Assembly: GCA_951406725.2 (NCBI GenBank)
Contig: OX597825.1
Location: 69,440,001-69,504,000, forward strand
From: Octopus vulgaris
Lineage: Eukaryota
Reading direction: 5' to 3'
Length of the DNA: 64,000 nucleotides
The notes beneath the pieces were generated by a model. That model saw only the letters and a list, made by a program, of their open reading frames with translations, was not told the origin of the DNA and did not search any database. This document shows, piece by piece, positions 12,786-26,797 of the stretch (positions are counted from its first letter, which is position 1; each line of letters begins with the position of its first letter). The translations under genes were made by a program, and so were the position numbers.

Positions 12786-14273
12786 GATTTTGCGATATTT
12801 TTGCTGCTTTTAAATAAAGTGTGTATATATACATGTGTGTGTGTGTGTCTGTGTGTGTGTGTCTGTATGTGTGTGTATGTATGTATGTATGTATGTATGT
12901 ATGTGTGTGTGTTTGTGTTTGTACAAATATATACATACATACAGTCATACGTCCATATAAAAACTCCTCGAATGAATCCCACATTTATCGTGATTGTTAA
13001 GTTATGCTTATAGGGATATTTAATTGCTATTTCTAATAGGCCGAATGGATGGTTGGTATTTTTCTCTCTTTTCACACATTAAGCATAACATAACATATTG
13101 AAATAACTAGGTAAAGAATTACTTCAGTAGGATAATGTCAAAGACACGATAATTAAGTAACACACTCTCCAAGTGTTGAGAGAATATATCAGAACAAGAC
13201 TACACTTACACATGTGTTAGAATATCTATATTTCTATATATATATCATTTACAACATTCTGTCCCACATTTGCATTGCGGTAAATTGTTGATAAATTTCG
13301 TTTGATAATTATGGCTTCATAGCGTTTGCTGAAAATACAGAAAACAGATACGGCATCACCTGCTATCAGAGCGTAACACATTTGTAAGATCTGTTTTCTT
13401 TGATTTCGAAATTTCCTACCTCAGCAATAATTATATCATAACTCACCATCCATACTTCAATGAAAGTTGGCAAGAAATTATGCTGAGTATTCTGTTATTT
13501 TTTGTCTATTTATTTTCCTTCCTCTCTTAAAAGTAATCTTGATTAAACTTATCGCTATGACACTTATTTGAGTCCTAAATCTAATAGTATAATATTGAGA
13601 TATGACGTCTGTGTTAGACATATCAATATATAAAACATACCTTGAAACAAGCGCAATTATTACTGGAGGGATGGCTACTTGTTTAAGAAGTCTCATTACA
13701 ACCATATAGTTTCGGGTTCAGTTCTACAGCGCGTCACCTTCTGTAAGTGTATTCTGTCGAAGCCCCGAGACGGCCACTGGCCTGTGATTAAGTTTGCTTG
13801 ACAAAAACTGTGGAAACCTGTCATATATACACACGCACAAACACTTATACACATTATATATATATATATATAGTCTCGTTCTGGTATGTTGGGGTTTGTT
13901 TCTTCTTTGTGTAGAATTTGTGACATTTCTTCTTTATTGAGTGGAGTTTGTGTGCCATGTGTGTTCACATATATGGAGGGGCTATCAGGGTAGGGTTGCC
14001 CTCGTTTGTAGTTACACTCGTTCATAGGGGGTCTTCTTCAAAGTATCTGAGTGTAAAATACTGCTTATGTATGTAGGGAGAGACGGTTTCATCCCTAATA
14101 GTTAAGATGTCTGTTGTTTGAATGATATTTAATTTTTCAGTAATACGGAAACCAAAGAAATTATTCATCAACAAATGCGTAGTTGAGCACTCATTCCAAA
14201 GTTCTACATTTACGTCGTATGCATGTATGTATGTATGTATGTATGTATGTATGTATGTATGTATGTATGTATG

Positions 14274-14311
<38 letters not shown>

Positions 14312-14756
14312 GCATATATGTATATACATAATACACACACATACACATGCATACACATATGTCCATGTGTACGTGCTTGCGTCTTTGTTTTTGTTTCCGA
14401 ACGCTTGACATCCGGTATTTTAGTCCCCATAACTGGAGCAGTACGGCAAAAGAGAACGATACAATAAGTACCAGACTCAGAAACAACAAATAAAAGATAA
14501 AGATAAAAGATATGGTGTATCCTTCTCCTTATAATCATCATCATCATCCTCTACCACCACTACCACTTTATTCCCAGGGGTTTTACTGCTGGCCCTGACA
14601 CCAAACACGGGTATTTCTGCATCCATGCATGCTTTGATGGATTCTCATCACATATGTCATTTTACCCATACATTCCTACCTACCTACCTACCTACCTACC
14701 TACCTACCTACCTACCTACCTACCTACCTACCTACCTACCTACATACATACATACG

Positions 14757-14982
14757 TCGAGCTGGCAGAATCGTTAGCACGCCGGGCGAAATGCGTAGCC
14801 GTATTTCGTCTGTCGTTACATTCTGAGTTCAAATTCCGCCGAAGTCGACTTTGCATTTCATCCTTTCGGGGTCGATAAATTAAGTACCAGTTTCGCACTG
14901 GGGTCGATATAATCGACTTAATCCCTTTATCTGTCCTTGTTTGTCCCCTCTATGTTTAGCCCCTTGTGGGTAGTAAAGAAAT
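14757..14982 (+). mobile_element. SINE family A, slightly 5'-truncated, within (TACC)n/(TACA)n
   Basis: Matches the family consensus from cgagctggcagaatc to aaagaaata. Confidence 0.92.
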
Positions 14983-15103
14983 ATACATACATACATACAT
15001 ACATACATACATACATACATACATACACACATACATACATACATACATACATACCTACCTACCTACCTACCTACCTACCTACATACATACATACATACAT
15101 ACA

Positions 15104-15134
<31 letters not shown>

Positions 15135-15156
15135 CTATATACATACATATGTAACA

Positions 15157-15300
15157 CGCACATTACAAATGGAGTCTATTAGTGGAACAGTAAAGACTAT
15201 GAATGATATTCCCCAAGTTCAAAATGTTACATTGCTTTTATTATCTAAAATTCCAACGATAGAGCTTTGTTAGAAACCTGCTCTTTCTTTACAAGAAGAC
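15157..15300 (+). mobile_element. R4/Dong-like LINE extreme 3' fragment
   Basis: RTLQMESISGTVK plus a 3'UTR (ttccaacgatagagctttgttagaaacc) that aligns with 46564-46695. Confidence 0.7.
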
Positions 15301-15674
15301 CTGAAGTATTCAAAATCGTAAGAGGAATACATAGAAAATATGCCTAGATATCGATTATGTCCAGCTAAAATTGTACTAGCCGTTTCCGGATTTAGTAAGA
15401 GCTTTTGAGCCGTTGTTATTGACTTATTTCCACTCGGTTGAGATCTGCAGAAGCCTGACCGTATAATGTATCTTTCTTTTCCTTTATATTTCGCGTCTTT
15501 CCAGAATTTCGAGTTAATATTCTCCTTTTGTATATTTGTGAAATTCTCTGTTAATCTGCCCTCAACCAAAAGTTTATTGTTTCTTTAGTTAACTTATATT
15601 CTAGTTTGAATTTGCTCGCTTGTTGATACATATATACACACAGATGCATATTTACTTATATATATGTATATACG

Positions 15675-15857
15675 CATTTTTTTTCTCTCCTTGTTTCCCT
15701 CCGTGTTTCTTTTCTGTGTATCTTTCTGTTGAAGAGCGTAGGCTCGAAACGTAAAAGACTTGTTTTATTTATATTCCTGAGCGACATACTAATACAATTG
15801 TTTGTTTGTATTCCACCTGCCTTCGCCTTTTGTTTATTTTCATAAAGCTTCCCGTTA
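15675..15857 (+). mobile_element. Small hammerhead-bearing element; related copies at 35750-35935 and 48493-48592 (3' part only)
   Basis: The three copies share cctgagcg..atactaatac...ttgtttgt...ccttcgtcttttgtttattttcataaagcttccc. All end against microsatellites. Confidence 0.75.
15721..15758 (+). ncRNA. Minimal type-I hammerhead-like motif (A6U variant)
   Basis: TCTTT-CTGTTGA-A-GAGC-gtag-GCTC-GAAA-CG-TA-AAAGA. Perfect 5-bp stem I, 4-bp stem II and ACGT palindromic stem III. Confidence 0.7.
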
Positions 15858-16012
15858 TATATACACATACACACATACACGCTAGAAAGTTGAAACTGAA
15901 TGCGCATGCACAACAGAGTTCGCATTCAATCTCTACCAATCCGCTTTACTCTGTGTGGTATAGCTTCGTTACTATGACAACAGTCCGGCCGGATACTTAT
16001 TAAACAGGCCAC

Positions 16013-16074
<62 letters not shown>

Positions 16075-16863
16075 TTTATTCCTGTATTTGTTTAATTCAT
16101 TTGACTGCAGCCATGCTGGAGCATTGTCTCTACTCGAACAATCGAATTCAGGACTTATTACCTCCACCAAGGAAGGAGGTTATGTTTTCATTGGCGTTGG
16201 TTTGTCCGTCTGTGTGCAAAATAACTCAAAATGTTGTGAACGGTGTTCAATGAAACTTGCAGGAAATACTGGTAATGACACAAGAAATAGATAATGAAAT
16301 TTGAAATTTTGGTAGTGATCCGAGAATTTTTGTTGATTATAGAAGGATATTTCATTTGTTATATTTACTTTATATGAAGTATTACCATGTTACGTTCTTT
16401 GATTATCTAACTAGCAGTTCGGCAAAATGGATCGATAGAATAAGTAAAAGGCTAAAATAAAATACTGGGGTCAACACATTCGGCTATAAATTCTTCAAGG
16501 TGGTGCCCCAGAATGGCCGTAATCTAACGCCTTAGACAAGTAAAACACACACATACACACAAATAGCCACAGGCTGTGTGATGAAAAGCTTGCTTTCCAA
16601 CCACATTGTTCCGGGTTCTGTGTGGTATCTTAGGTAAGTGTCTCTTAATATAGCCTAGGGGCCGACCAAGGCATTGTGAGTAGATACGGTAGACGGAACT
16701 GAAAGAAGCCCGTCGTGTATATATATATATATATAGGATATGAGAGGTAACGGTGTGAAGAAGGTAATGCTGAGTAAGTGCTATGGACAGACTAGAGTTA
16801 AGCTCCACGTTCCGGGGTTAGTCGAATGAGGAGTCCAACGTAGGTCATATATTAGCATGCGTG

Positions 16864-17245
16864 TATATAAAAAATTAACAGAATGAGTTCGAAAGTCCTT
16901 GGCTGTGAAACATTTCTGAATATTTATAAAGAGGCCTTACAGCTGTTTCCTGAATGGTATACCTTTAAGTTTTCGGTACAGGAAACATATATATGTATAC
17001 CACTCTACTTAAATAATGGAACTGCAGATACAATATCCCTGCATATCTCACGTCCGTTTTCATTCCTCCACTTTCCTCACTATTTCATATGTTCTCTAGA
17101 ATATCTATTGCTGAAACATATTCTCGAACCGTTTCCGATGAAGGGATCTATAAAATATCCCAGAAACAGCTGTAAGACCTCTTTATAAATGTACTGAAAT
17201 CTTTCACAGCCTTAGACTTTTATCTCATTCCGTTAATTTTATATA
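16864..17245 (+). mobile_element. Element with ~85-bp imperfect inverted termini and a hammerhead-like motif
   Basis: 16864-16950 is approximately the reverse complement of 17162-17245. TA-rich flanks. Confidence 0.75.
17131..17178 (+). ncRNA. Type-I hammerhead-like motif (U4C variant)
   Basis: gttt-CCGATGA-a-gggat-ctataaaat-atccc-a-GAAA-CAGCTG-TA-agac. Perfect palindromic stem III ACAGCTGT. Confidence 0.68.
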
Positions 17246-17770
17246 TATATATATATATATATGTTTGTGTGTCTGTGTTTGTCTCCCCTGTATCAATTGC
17301 CAACCGGTGTTGGCGTTTTTACGTCCCTGTAATATAATGGTTCGGCATAAGAGACGGATAAAATGAGTACTAGGCTTACACGTAATAAGTATTGCGGTCG
17401 GATTTCTTCGACTAAAAGTGGTGATCCAGTGTGGCCGCACTCAAATTATTGAAACAAATAAAACAATAAGAGAATAAAAGAATATATAAACGAACATAGG
17501 TAAAAACGCACAGTAACACTAAGAGACTTATTGTAATCTTCTTAGACAAATTCAAGAGACAAAAATAGGTGTAACGGTTTATTTACGTATTCCATTGCAA
17601 AATATATCTTTGTAACTTAAATATAACAGGTTTCATCCATTCAGATGTGGATTTATCGAATGTGCATTTATGACTACACACACTCACACACATAAACACA
17701 TACACGCTTAGGTACACACACATGCACAAGCATACCCATATATATGTTTCTGTCTTTCTGTGTACGCATG

Positions 17771-17988
17771 TGTGCCTGGGTTTATCATTTGTTTCATCAT
17801 TAAACAAATAATTCTTATATTTACTTAAGTTTAAGTATATTCTAGATACACTGTTATTAATTTCTAGTATTTTTTGTGTGCGTGGGTTAATCATTTCTTT
17901 CATCACTAAACAAACGATTTTTATATTTACTTAAGTTTTAAGTATATTCCAAGTACACCGTTATTAATTTCTAGTATTTTTTTATGTG
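17771..17988. repeat. Diverged tandem duplication, period ~106 bp
   Basis: tttcatca.taaacaaa...atatttacttaagttt(t)aagtatattc...gttattaatttctagtattttt occurs twice. Confidence 0.85.
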
Positions 17989-18561
17989 TTATTCCAAACC
18001 ACCTACTTCTTGTGCACTACGCATATCTAACCTTTACTTTTGTACTTTACAGTTGATGCTTCGAAACTCTCTTACTTGTTTTATATCTCTTTTGTCTAAA
18101 CTATACAAATTACTTCACTTGAAATTTACTATGTTGAAGCGGTTGACGTTGTATTATACTGAAGCTATTGTGTGGAAGCTAATTTTGATGCCTTCATTAT
18201 TTATACCAATTTTATGTATATTATCTTATTCGAGTATTGAATTTAGTTTTTAATATTACACTGATTCTTCTGTAGTAATTGCATTCTATAATTTTCTCTT
18301 TCATTTCTGTCTATTGTATCTCATCGATATAATTTACCGTATGTATTTCTTTTTTACGAAATGTTCTAGTCTAATTCTCTGATTTTAGTGTCTGGATAAA
18401 ACTTAATATTTTGAATGGTAGCAGATTTTTCTTCATCTTCTACCGTTATTACACTTTCCTACACTCACACTCGTTTTTTATCATTTCTGAAGAATATTTG
18501 GACCAAGACCTTAACTTATATTATCTCTTGCATGTTTTTTGACCCCTCCATATATAGGAGA

Positions 18562-18946
18562 CTAGCAGTATCGCCCGGCGTTGCTCAGGTTTGTAAGGGA
18601 AATAACTATAAAGCATTTTTAGAGAGTTATAGCCAAAAAATAGCAAAAAAATGGAAAAAAAAATTATGGTAAATCTTTTTGAGAGTAAAAAAAGGTGGAG
18701 TTGCGTCCCTAGACAGTTTGCGGTTTGTGTTTCTGATTCTCGACCCCATGTCGAATTTATCGATTTTTTTTCAGAACTGGGGGAACTTTTCAAAATTTTC
18801 GCTGCGTTAGTTTTGAATTATGACATTGGGCTATGTGTGTGTCAAGTTTCATCAGAATCGGTTGAAAGCCGTGGTCAGGGTGAGGGTACAAGCAAACAGA
18901 CACACAGAAACACGCACAGACAAACTGCCGTTTATATAGAGAGAGA
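18562..18946 (-). mobile_element. Non-autonomous Helitron
   Basis: Minus strand reads A|TC...cctgagcaacgccggg (subterminal hairpin) cgatactgCTAG|T. Inserted at an AT dinucleotide with no TSD. Confidence 0.85.
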
Positions 18947-20669
18947 TACTTTAAATTTTCGCAACTACTATGGTTATCCGTATTTTCGTTCAGTACGTGT
19001 GTGTCAGAGGGTCTCATTTGCTTCTTATAAGACTAGAACTACTTATGGAGGAGTTTAGGATTAGCAGAGCTAAATAATATAGGAGAGCAGAATAATATAG
19101 TAGAGAAGGCGGAACAAGAATGTGGGGGATCCTCTGATCAAGTGAAAGTTTTAATTTTCAGATATCATTTAAATTTTTAGATATCATTTTGGATTTCATC
19201 ATACTTTTTTTTATTTATTCATGTGTAATCTTTTGTTTTATATATTTTAAATTCGTCCAGTTATATATTTATTGTATAACGTTTTTCACTCCTCCCATCA
19301 TCCTCATGCACATTCTGTCTCCTACTTCTTCACTCCTTTTTTAATTTCCTCTGTTTAATGTCTTTGCATATTTCAGTGTCTCTTGAAACCCTTCAGGATC
19401 ATAAACAAATACCTTATTTATATTATTTTATTTACTATAGTATTAAATGTAATCATCTTTTTTTTTGCCTGCGCTGATATGGTGGCTTTTCAAATTTGAC
19501 ATGACACAGCACATGTACCATGTTTGTATTGCCACAGCACTATTTACGTTGAGTATTTCCAATACCCAAGTGTGTTGTATGCTATGAAATGTTTTTTCTC
19601 AAATTGATCCTTGACATGCTGAGGTTTTTTTTAATATTTTCTCGTTTTGCTCTCTTCAATAACTGCCATCTCCGCCAATATCTGCTCCTTGAAGCCCAGC
19701 ATCCGGCTCCTACAATCTACAGAAGCTTATAAGTTATATAGAACTGAATTTAATTTAATCATACTACTTATACAAAATTTTCAATAGTTATTTCTTGAAC
19801 CTGTCAATGTAAAGAGCTACAAAAAAAAAATGTCATTGAAACATAACGCAATGTATTATATATTGATGAAAATACACTTTTTTCGTTTTTACGCCTCATT
19901 TCAAAAGGTGTGTGTTTATTTTTATTATCAAAATGAACGAAGAACGCTCATGGTATCTAAAATTATTTGTCCGTTTCTATTTCTTTTAGTGCAGTTTAGT
20001 CCTTCCATGGCCCTCTCGACTTATTTCAAATCCGTTTATGATATTCTCATCTCATCTACTGATATTCTTTACCATAAATATTATCTAAATTTTGATTCAC
20101 TGGGAAGTAATTTGAAGAGGATTTGCGTACTACTTCTAACAAATCACATGACAACGAATAAGCTCTTTTATTGGTTTGTAGCTTGTCAATAATTATCCTC
20201 ATCTTCGACAGATTGTTACCTGCATGGAACAAGTGGACAACTAAGTGTACTCAGACCTACCCAAGAGTAGAAAGATTTGGATTTCAAAACTATTGAATAT
20301 TGAATCCCAGTCAGCTATATATCATAAATGATATATAGTTGTTTTTGCTGTTGTTTTGGATATTGTTGTTGCTCGCGGTTTGTTCTAATTGAGAAGACGT
20401 TATTCCATTTGTGCCCATCCCATCTTTGTTTTTAATATCTGAAACTACATTGGTCAATATTTCCATATTTTTAAGGCGTTGCGGTGGCAGAATCATTAGC
20501 ACGTTAGGCAAATTGCTTAGCGGCATTTCGTTCATCCTTACGTTATGAGTTCAAATTCCGTTTTCGGCCGATTTCGACTTTCATCGATTCGGGGTCAATA
20601 AAATCGGAATGTCAACAATTGGATTTAAATGCATTAAGGAATAATACTGAAAGCTCTATTGATTTACTC

Positions 20670-21922
20670 GTTTTTTTTTTAAATTTTGGAATTTATTGCG
20701 TTTTTAAATTTTGTAATCTATTTTTTTCGAGAATTCTATTTTTGAATCATTTTGGAAGCTGTTTTGTCTTTTTTTTTTCTAGTTAATTTTAGTTAATTTT
20801 TGTTTATTTTCATATCATTAAAATGGAATAGCAAGTTAAGAAAAACGAGCATTTTCGTCACCTCCTTCTTTTTGCTTCTAATCAAGGTTCTAAGGCCGCA
20901 AAAGCTGATCGCGACATTGTGCTGTATATGGAGAGGGTGCCATATACATAGCTGAAAGAACCGCTCGTGATTCGTATGCCAAGTTCAAAAATGGAAATTT
21001 TGAACTCAAAGACGCACCTCGTTCTGGCCGTCCTGTTGAATTCGATGAAGAGCGATTAAACCATCTTTTACACAAAAATTCTCGTCAAACGACAAAGGAA
21101 TTGGCACCGAAAATAAAATGCTCCCACACTACTATAGAGAAGCATCTTCACTCGATGGGAAAGGTTCAGATGTATGGAGTATGGGTTCTGCATGCTTTAA
21201 GTGACAACAACAAAAACAAACGAGCCACAATCTCCGCTGTTTGCTTGCTCGTCACCGCTCAACTCATGGACACTAATAACGATTTCTTTACCCAATCGAT
21301 ACTGGCGACGAAAAATAGTACCTGTACATCAATATGAAGCAGCGAAAAGAAAGGCTTAGCCACGGTAAACAAGCGACACCGCGCGTGAAACAAGATCTCC
21401 ATCCGCGTAAAACGATATTGTGCGTATAGTGGGACTGGGAAGGGATTATCTATTACGCATGGCTTGAACAGAACCAACAGATGGAACGACTCAACTCGGC
21501 TATTCAAGAGAAAAGACCTAATCGGCAGCATGGAGTTCTGCTGCACGACAATGCCCGCCCTTATATCGCCAATATGACCAAAAAAGCCATTGAAACGCAT
21601 GGCTGGGAAGTGCTACCACTCCCGCCGTACTATCCTGATTTGGCACCAACGGATTTCCACCTCTTTCGATCTCTTTCAAATGCTATGCGCGGATATTCGT
21701 TCAATACTGGTGCAGAATTGAGAGCTTCGTTGGATCAATTTTTCGAGTCGAAATCGTGTGATTTCTACCAACGATGTATTGAAAATCTTGTTGAACGTTG
21801 GAAAGAAGTTGTAAACAACAAGGGTGAATACATTATTGATTAATTAGTTGTTATTTTTTATTAAACCTTTAAAAAAATATTTAAGTTAAAATAAATCGGT
21901 GGGAACTGAGTTACCAACCCAG
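20670..21922 (+). mobile_element. Decayed mariner (DD34D) transposon; transposase pseudogene at 20823-21843
   Basis: ME*QVKKNEHFRHLLLF...KDAPRSGRP...WVLHAL...TGDEK...HDNARP...YYPDLAPTDFHLFRSL...GEYIID*, with stops, frameshifts and an internal deletion. The right TIR ...ttaccaacccag is followed by TA. The left TIR was not found. Confidence 0.95.
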
Positions 21923-22167
21923 TATATAATCAGCAGTAAATAAGTTATATTTGTATCTTTACCACAAGTTATATTCACGCAAGGAAATGTCAACGTGAAT
22001 GGGATTTCATATATGAACTCTGCGGACACTATACTTCTATGCATTTACTGAATATCTGCAATTCAATATTCTATGCAATAAATAGTATGTTTTACAATTA
22101 TTTCTGAAGAAAAACGTATTGCGCAATATCTGAAAAATAAATATATACGAAATGAAATCATAATATT

Positions 22168-22208
<41 letters not shown>

Positions 22209-22212
22209 TAAC

Positions 22213-22247
<35 letters not shown>

Positions 22248-22516
22248 GAAGAAGAAGAATGATTTATTTTAGAAATTAATATGTTGGAAAAAGTATGGTG
22301 AAAAATATTTATGAAAGCCAACAATTAACATAAATTTATTTTGCAAATAAATATATCTCCTACTGCAAAATATATTAAAGCTACAGAGCATTTAATATTA
22401 TTTTATTTTGTATTACCATTGATATAAATTTAAGAATGTACACACACACACACACGTACTTGTAAATATAAGTTTGTGCATATATGTATATATATATATA
22501 TATATGCATATGTGCG

Positions 22517-22547
<31 letters not shown>

Positions 22548-22560
22548 ATATATATATATA

Positions 22561-22621
<61 letters not shown>

Positions 22622-23224
22622 ATGTTTATACTCGCTACTTGTTTAGTCTGCTTGTTCAGGACATAGCATGTTTTATCCAATTATTACAAATGCAATTATT
22701 ACAAACCATCTTTAAACAAATTTATTTGAAATTCTTATTAAATTTCTGCTGTGCAGAATTACTTTCCAACTGATCGTGACTGTAGCTTTAGTTGAAACTA
22801 AAAATGTTTGTCTTATTAAATGAGAAAACCAAACACCATCGCTTCTGTTCGCAATTATAATTTATTAAATGTTTTCAAAAATATTTTAAAACTAAACTTA
22901 AATTAATAATGGCGATATTATTGTAAATAATAAAACATTATTGGTAGCAGACGTTATTCTGAAGTAGTCTTCATAATCAAAATGTCTGTCAATCTAAATA
23001 TTTTTATCTAAGGCTTCGTCTGTAGCGAAATGAATTTTTGATGTATAATTCACATTTTATTAGCCAATACATTGAAGATACGTTGCATTACTAGCTAGAG
23101 GAAGGTAATTTCTATCACCGGTATTCTACGTTCAATTCTTGTCGGTTCTGCGTTTTCCTTTTTATATCTAGGAATATCTAGTTTTGGTTCCCTGTGAAAT
23201 CACGGACACGCGTCTTTACCTATA

Positions 23225-23484
23225 AAAAAGAAATGAATGCGCCCTTTTAAAGCCTAGCCAAGCTCATAGGCCTGGTTTCCCGGTTTCAATGGCGTATGTG
23301 TTCCCCAAGTTTCAACGGCCTATGTATTCCCTATGCGTTACTCATTCTTACCAGCTGAGTGAACTGGCGCAACGTGAAATGAAGTGTTTTGCTCAAGAAC
23401 ACAACGCTTCGCCCAGTCCAGGAATCGAAACCACATTCTTAAAATCATGATGCTGACACCCTAACAACTAAGCCACGCGCCCCA
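23225..23484 (-). mobile_element. SINE family D with 14-bp TSD
   Basis: Reverse complement of the 46763 unit. TSD cgtctttacctata at 23211-23224 and 23485-23498. Confidence 0.92.
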
Positions 23485-23629
23485 CGTCTTTACCTATAGC
23501 TTAGGATTAATACCTTTTATAGGTAAAATTGGATTGGCAGAAAACGTGTGTAAGCCTGTCGAATGAATTGTACTTGCAATTAAAATGTACCATTATCATC
23601 TGGTCGGATCTGCATTAGTTGAGGATGTG

Positions 23630-23900
23630 CAGTCTCTTCAGACTTGATCTACATATGCTGTCTTCGGATGACTTTTTCGCCTTTGGCGATTTTTTGGCAT
23701 CCATAGCAGGAGGTCACTTACCAACTCTTGTTTAACTCACCAGTGATGTACTGCAAGACGCAGACAGCTTTCCCTTGCTTCTAGAAAGTAGGGTTAAAGC
23801 CCTGAGAATCTGTTCTGATTTTGCCGCAAAACAATTCACAACGCCGGCAGTCTTCATCGTGAAGTGTTGAATATTTTCACTTCGTAAAACTTGCTGAGGA
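23630..23900 (-). mobile_element. Old RTE-X-like LINE 3' fragment
   Basis: Minus strand reads CLRLAVHHW*VKQELVSDLLLWMPKNRQRRKSHPKTAYVDQV, resembling the RLRFAGHxxR...LLLWxP...GRPxxTYIDQL C-terminus of RTE-group LINEs. Confidence 0.65.
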
Positions 23901-24065
23901 GTGTTAAGGCTTTTTCGGCAGAACTCTAAATCATGATACAAGTATATCTAAATGCTACTCTATATAACAGTTTGCTATGTTGGTATGTCTAAATTCTTTA
24001 CTTGTGCGCCCGACTATTGCTATTTTCTGTTGAATTTTTCAGTGTTATTGGGGATGAAGCTAAAT

Positions 24066-24127
<62 letters not shown>

Positions 24128-24674
24128 CAAAACGCTCAGCTGGAATATTTAAGAAAGGAAGCGGAACTGCAATTGGATTTGAAACTAGAAAGCAAGGAAT
24201 ACTACAAGATGCTGTCCGGTACTCTACCGATTCTGATATAAGCCACTTTGACTAATTTATCTTTTATCTTTTACTTCTTTCAGTCATTTAACAGCAACCA
24301 TGATGGGGTACTGTTTTGAAGAGTTTTGTCGAACAATCGCTCCACCCCTGTACTTACGTGTTTATTAAGTTTTACACTTATTCTATCGATTACTTTTACC
24401 GATACGCGGGTACGTAAACGAAACAATACCAGTTTTCAAATAGTGGACTAACACATCAACACACGCATACATATGTATGTGTATATATGGTCCGTCTACC
24501 AAGTTCACTCATAAGGATTTGGTCGCCTCAAGGCAATGGCAAAAGGCACTTGCCGAAGGTGTTCCGCCGGGGACTGAACTCAAGACCAAGCTTCTTTACC
24601 TCGAATCATGCTTGCGCCTATGCCATAGAAATTTGCGCGTTGGCACTAAAAAAAGATTACCAATTGATTTAATA

Positions 24675-25161
24675 CATGTTTCTTTATTACCCACAGGGAG
24701 CTAAACATAGAGGGGACAAACAAGGACAGACAAAGGGATTAAGTCGATTACATAGACCCCAGAGCGTAACTGGTACTTAATTTATCGAAAGGCGGCGAGT
24801 TGGCAGAAACGTTAGCACGCCGGGCGAAATGCGTAGTCGTATTTCGTCTGCCGCTACGTTCTGAGTTCAAATTCCGTCCGAAGTCAACTTTGCCTTTCAT
24901 CCTTTCGGGGTCGATAAATTAAGTACCAGTTACGCAGTGGGGTCGATATAATCGACTTAATCGGTTTGTCTGTCCTTGTTTGTCCCCTCAGTGTTTAGCC
25001 CCCTTGTGGGTAGTAAATAAATAGGTACTTAATTTATCGACTCCGAAAAGATGAAAGGCAAAGTCGACCACGGGGGAATTTGAACTCAGAGCGTAACGGC
25101 AGACGAAATACGGCTACGCATTTCGCCCGGCGTGCTAACGGTTCTGGCAGCTCGCCGCCTT
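24675..25161 (-). mobile_element. SINE family A (outer copy) interrupted by a nested SINE A
   Basis: TSD caattgatttaata at 24661-24674 and 25162-25175. Confidence 0.93.
24789..25023 (+). mobile_element. SINE family A (inner nested copy)
   Basis: 17-bp TSD ggtacttaatttatcga at 24772-24788 and 25024-25040, duplicated from the outer SINE sequence. Confidence 0.95.
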
Positions 25162-25780
25162 CAATTGATTTAATATAATAAAGATACCATCACTTTGATT
25201 GTTAGACATTCTAACCACACACACACACACACACATGTATGTATGTATGTATGTATGTATGTATGTATGTATGTATATTTCAGAACGAAGAACTAACACC
25301 ACTCGGCCCCGACCCGAAATAATTAAATTGATTTACTATTCTATTTATTCTTCAAATAAACTCGTATCGCAATTATATCAACGATTAAGCTATATTTCAA
25401 ATCTACAATTCTATATTTCTTTAACAATGCGAGCAATTAGGATAATATAAAGAAATATTACCTATCATTCAAATCCTCCGTAATTATATATTTATGTAGT
25501 CTATAATATCACTTATCAATAGTTAAGCGGCGATAGGAAACTTCTTTAAATGTATATTTATAATCAGATTTACTTTAATTCTTGCTGAATCTTATCAAAT
25601 AATACATTAAGAATAAAAGGTCTCAAATCCGCATTATTATACAGATGCGACTGACAGATGTTTAAACAATTGATAAAGTGAAATAATAATAGAGTTGTGT
25701 TGTTATTTCTATACATTAGATTGGCGCTAGTAACTGTTTATTGCAGAATTGTTAAAGCACTATTTAATATAAATAAATGT

Positions 25781-26000
25781 AAGGCGGCGAGCTGGCAGAA
25801 ACGTTCGCACGCCGAACGAAATGCGCAGCCGTATTTCGTCTGCCGTTACGTTGGGAGTTCAAATTCCGCCGAGGTCAACTTTGCCTTTCATTCTTTCGGG
25901 GTCGATAAATTAAGTACCAGTTAAGCAATCGACCTAATCCCTTTGTCTGTTCTTCATTGCCCTCTCTATGTTTAGCCCCTTCTGGGCAATACAGAAATAG
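25781..26000 (+). mobile_element. SINE family A monomer with 14-bp TSD
   Basis: TSD atataaataaatgt at 25767-25780 and 26001-26014. Confidence 0.92.
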
Positions 26001-26750
26001 ATATAAATAAATGTTACAAGTAACATCGATTACAAAGTTTGTTAGAGATTTCTTCCGAGTTCAAATCTCTTCGAATTCAGCTATACTTTTCATATTTTCT
26101 GAACAGATAATTTGTATCAGGTTGCCAGGTAACTTCGTTGTTTTTTTTTTCCTTTTCGTTTCAATTTATTTCCAACCTTTCAAATGTTTTATTTTCCAAT
26201 TAGTAAAAACAGTATTTTCAACCTCATTTTTCAGATTTTTGTAGCTCTATTATTCTTATGCAAATTTTGCTTATCGTTTGTTTTTAAATTTGGATAAATT
26301 TTACTTGTTTTCAGACTTAGAACCATGGAGTGCTAAGTAGAAAAATAATTTATCTGACAACTAATCATATTACTTATCTTGGCGCTGGACTGGCGGAAAT
26401 GGCTTGCTGTATATGTTTCAGCCCTGTGCTTTCTACGGGCAAATTTTGCCTATGGCCTCCATATCATATTGACCACCTTTATAACATTGCTCCTGAAACA
26501 TTGAGAGAAGATATAAACACGGAAGGCATATCGTCCATGATCTCAACAGAAATACGTCATGATTGTAAGGGCTTTCAAGACCAAGCGTTGATGAGGTAGA
26601 AAGCACGACATTTTCTCCATAATAATCACAGCAGCGGAAGATATTTCGAAAACTGAAATATCTTCGACAACGATGCAATACTGTTAATGCCGTAGAGGTT
26701 CATTTATGGTCAACAACAGTAAACAAGCGGCACATACTGTTTTTTAAATC

Positions 26751-26797
<47 letters not shown>

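Noticed and set aside
23732-23941. Apparent minus-strand exon ending in a GTGAG donor
   Set aside because: The surrounding translation matches an RTE-X-like LINE C-terminus.
26290-26420. Strong-looking splice acceptor (ttgttttcag) followed by ATG
   Set aside because: An in-frame stop follows immediately, and the sequence resembles the start of the mariner at 20823.
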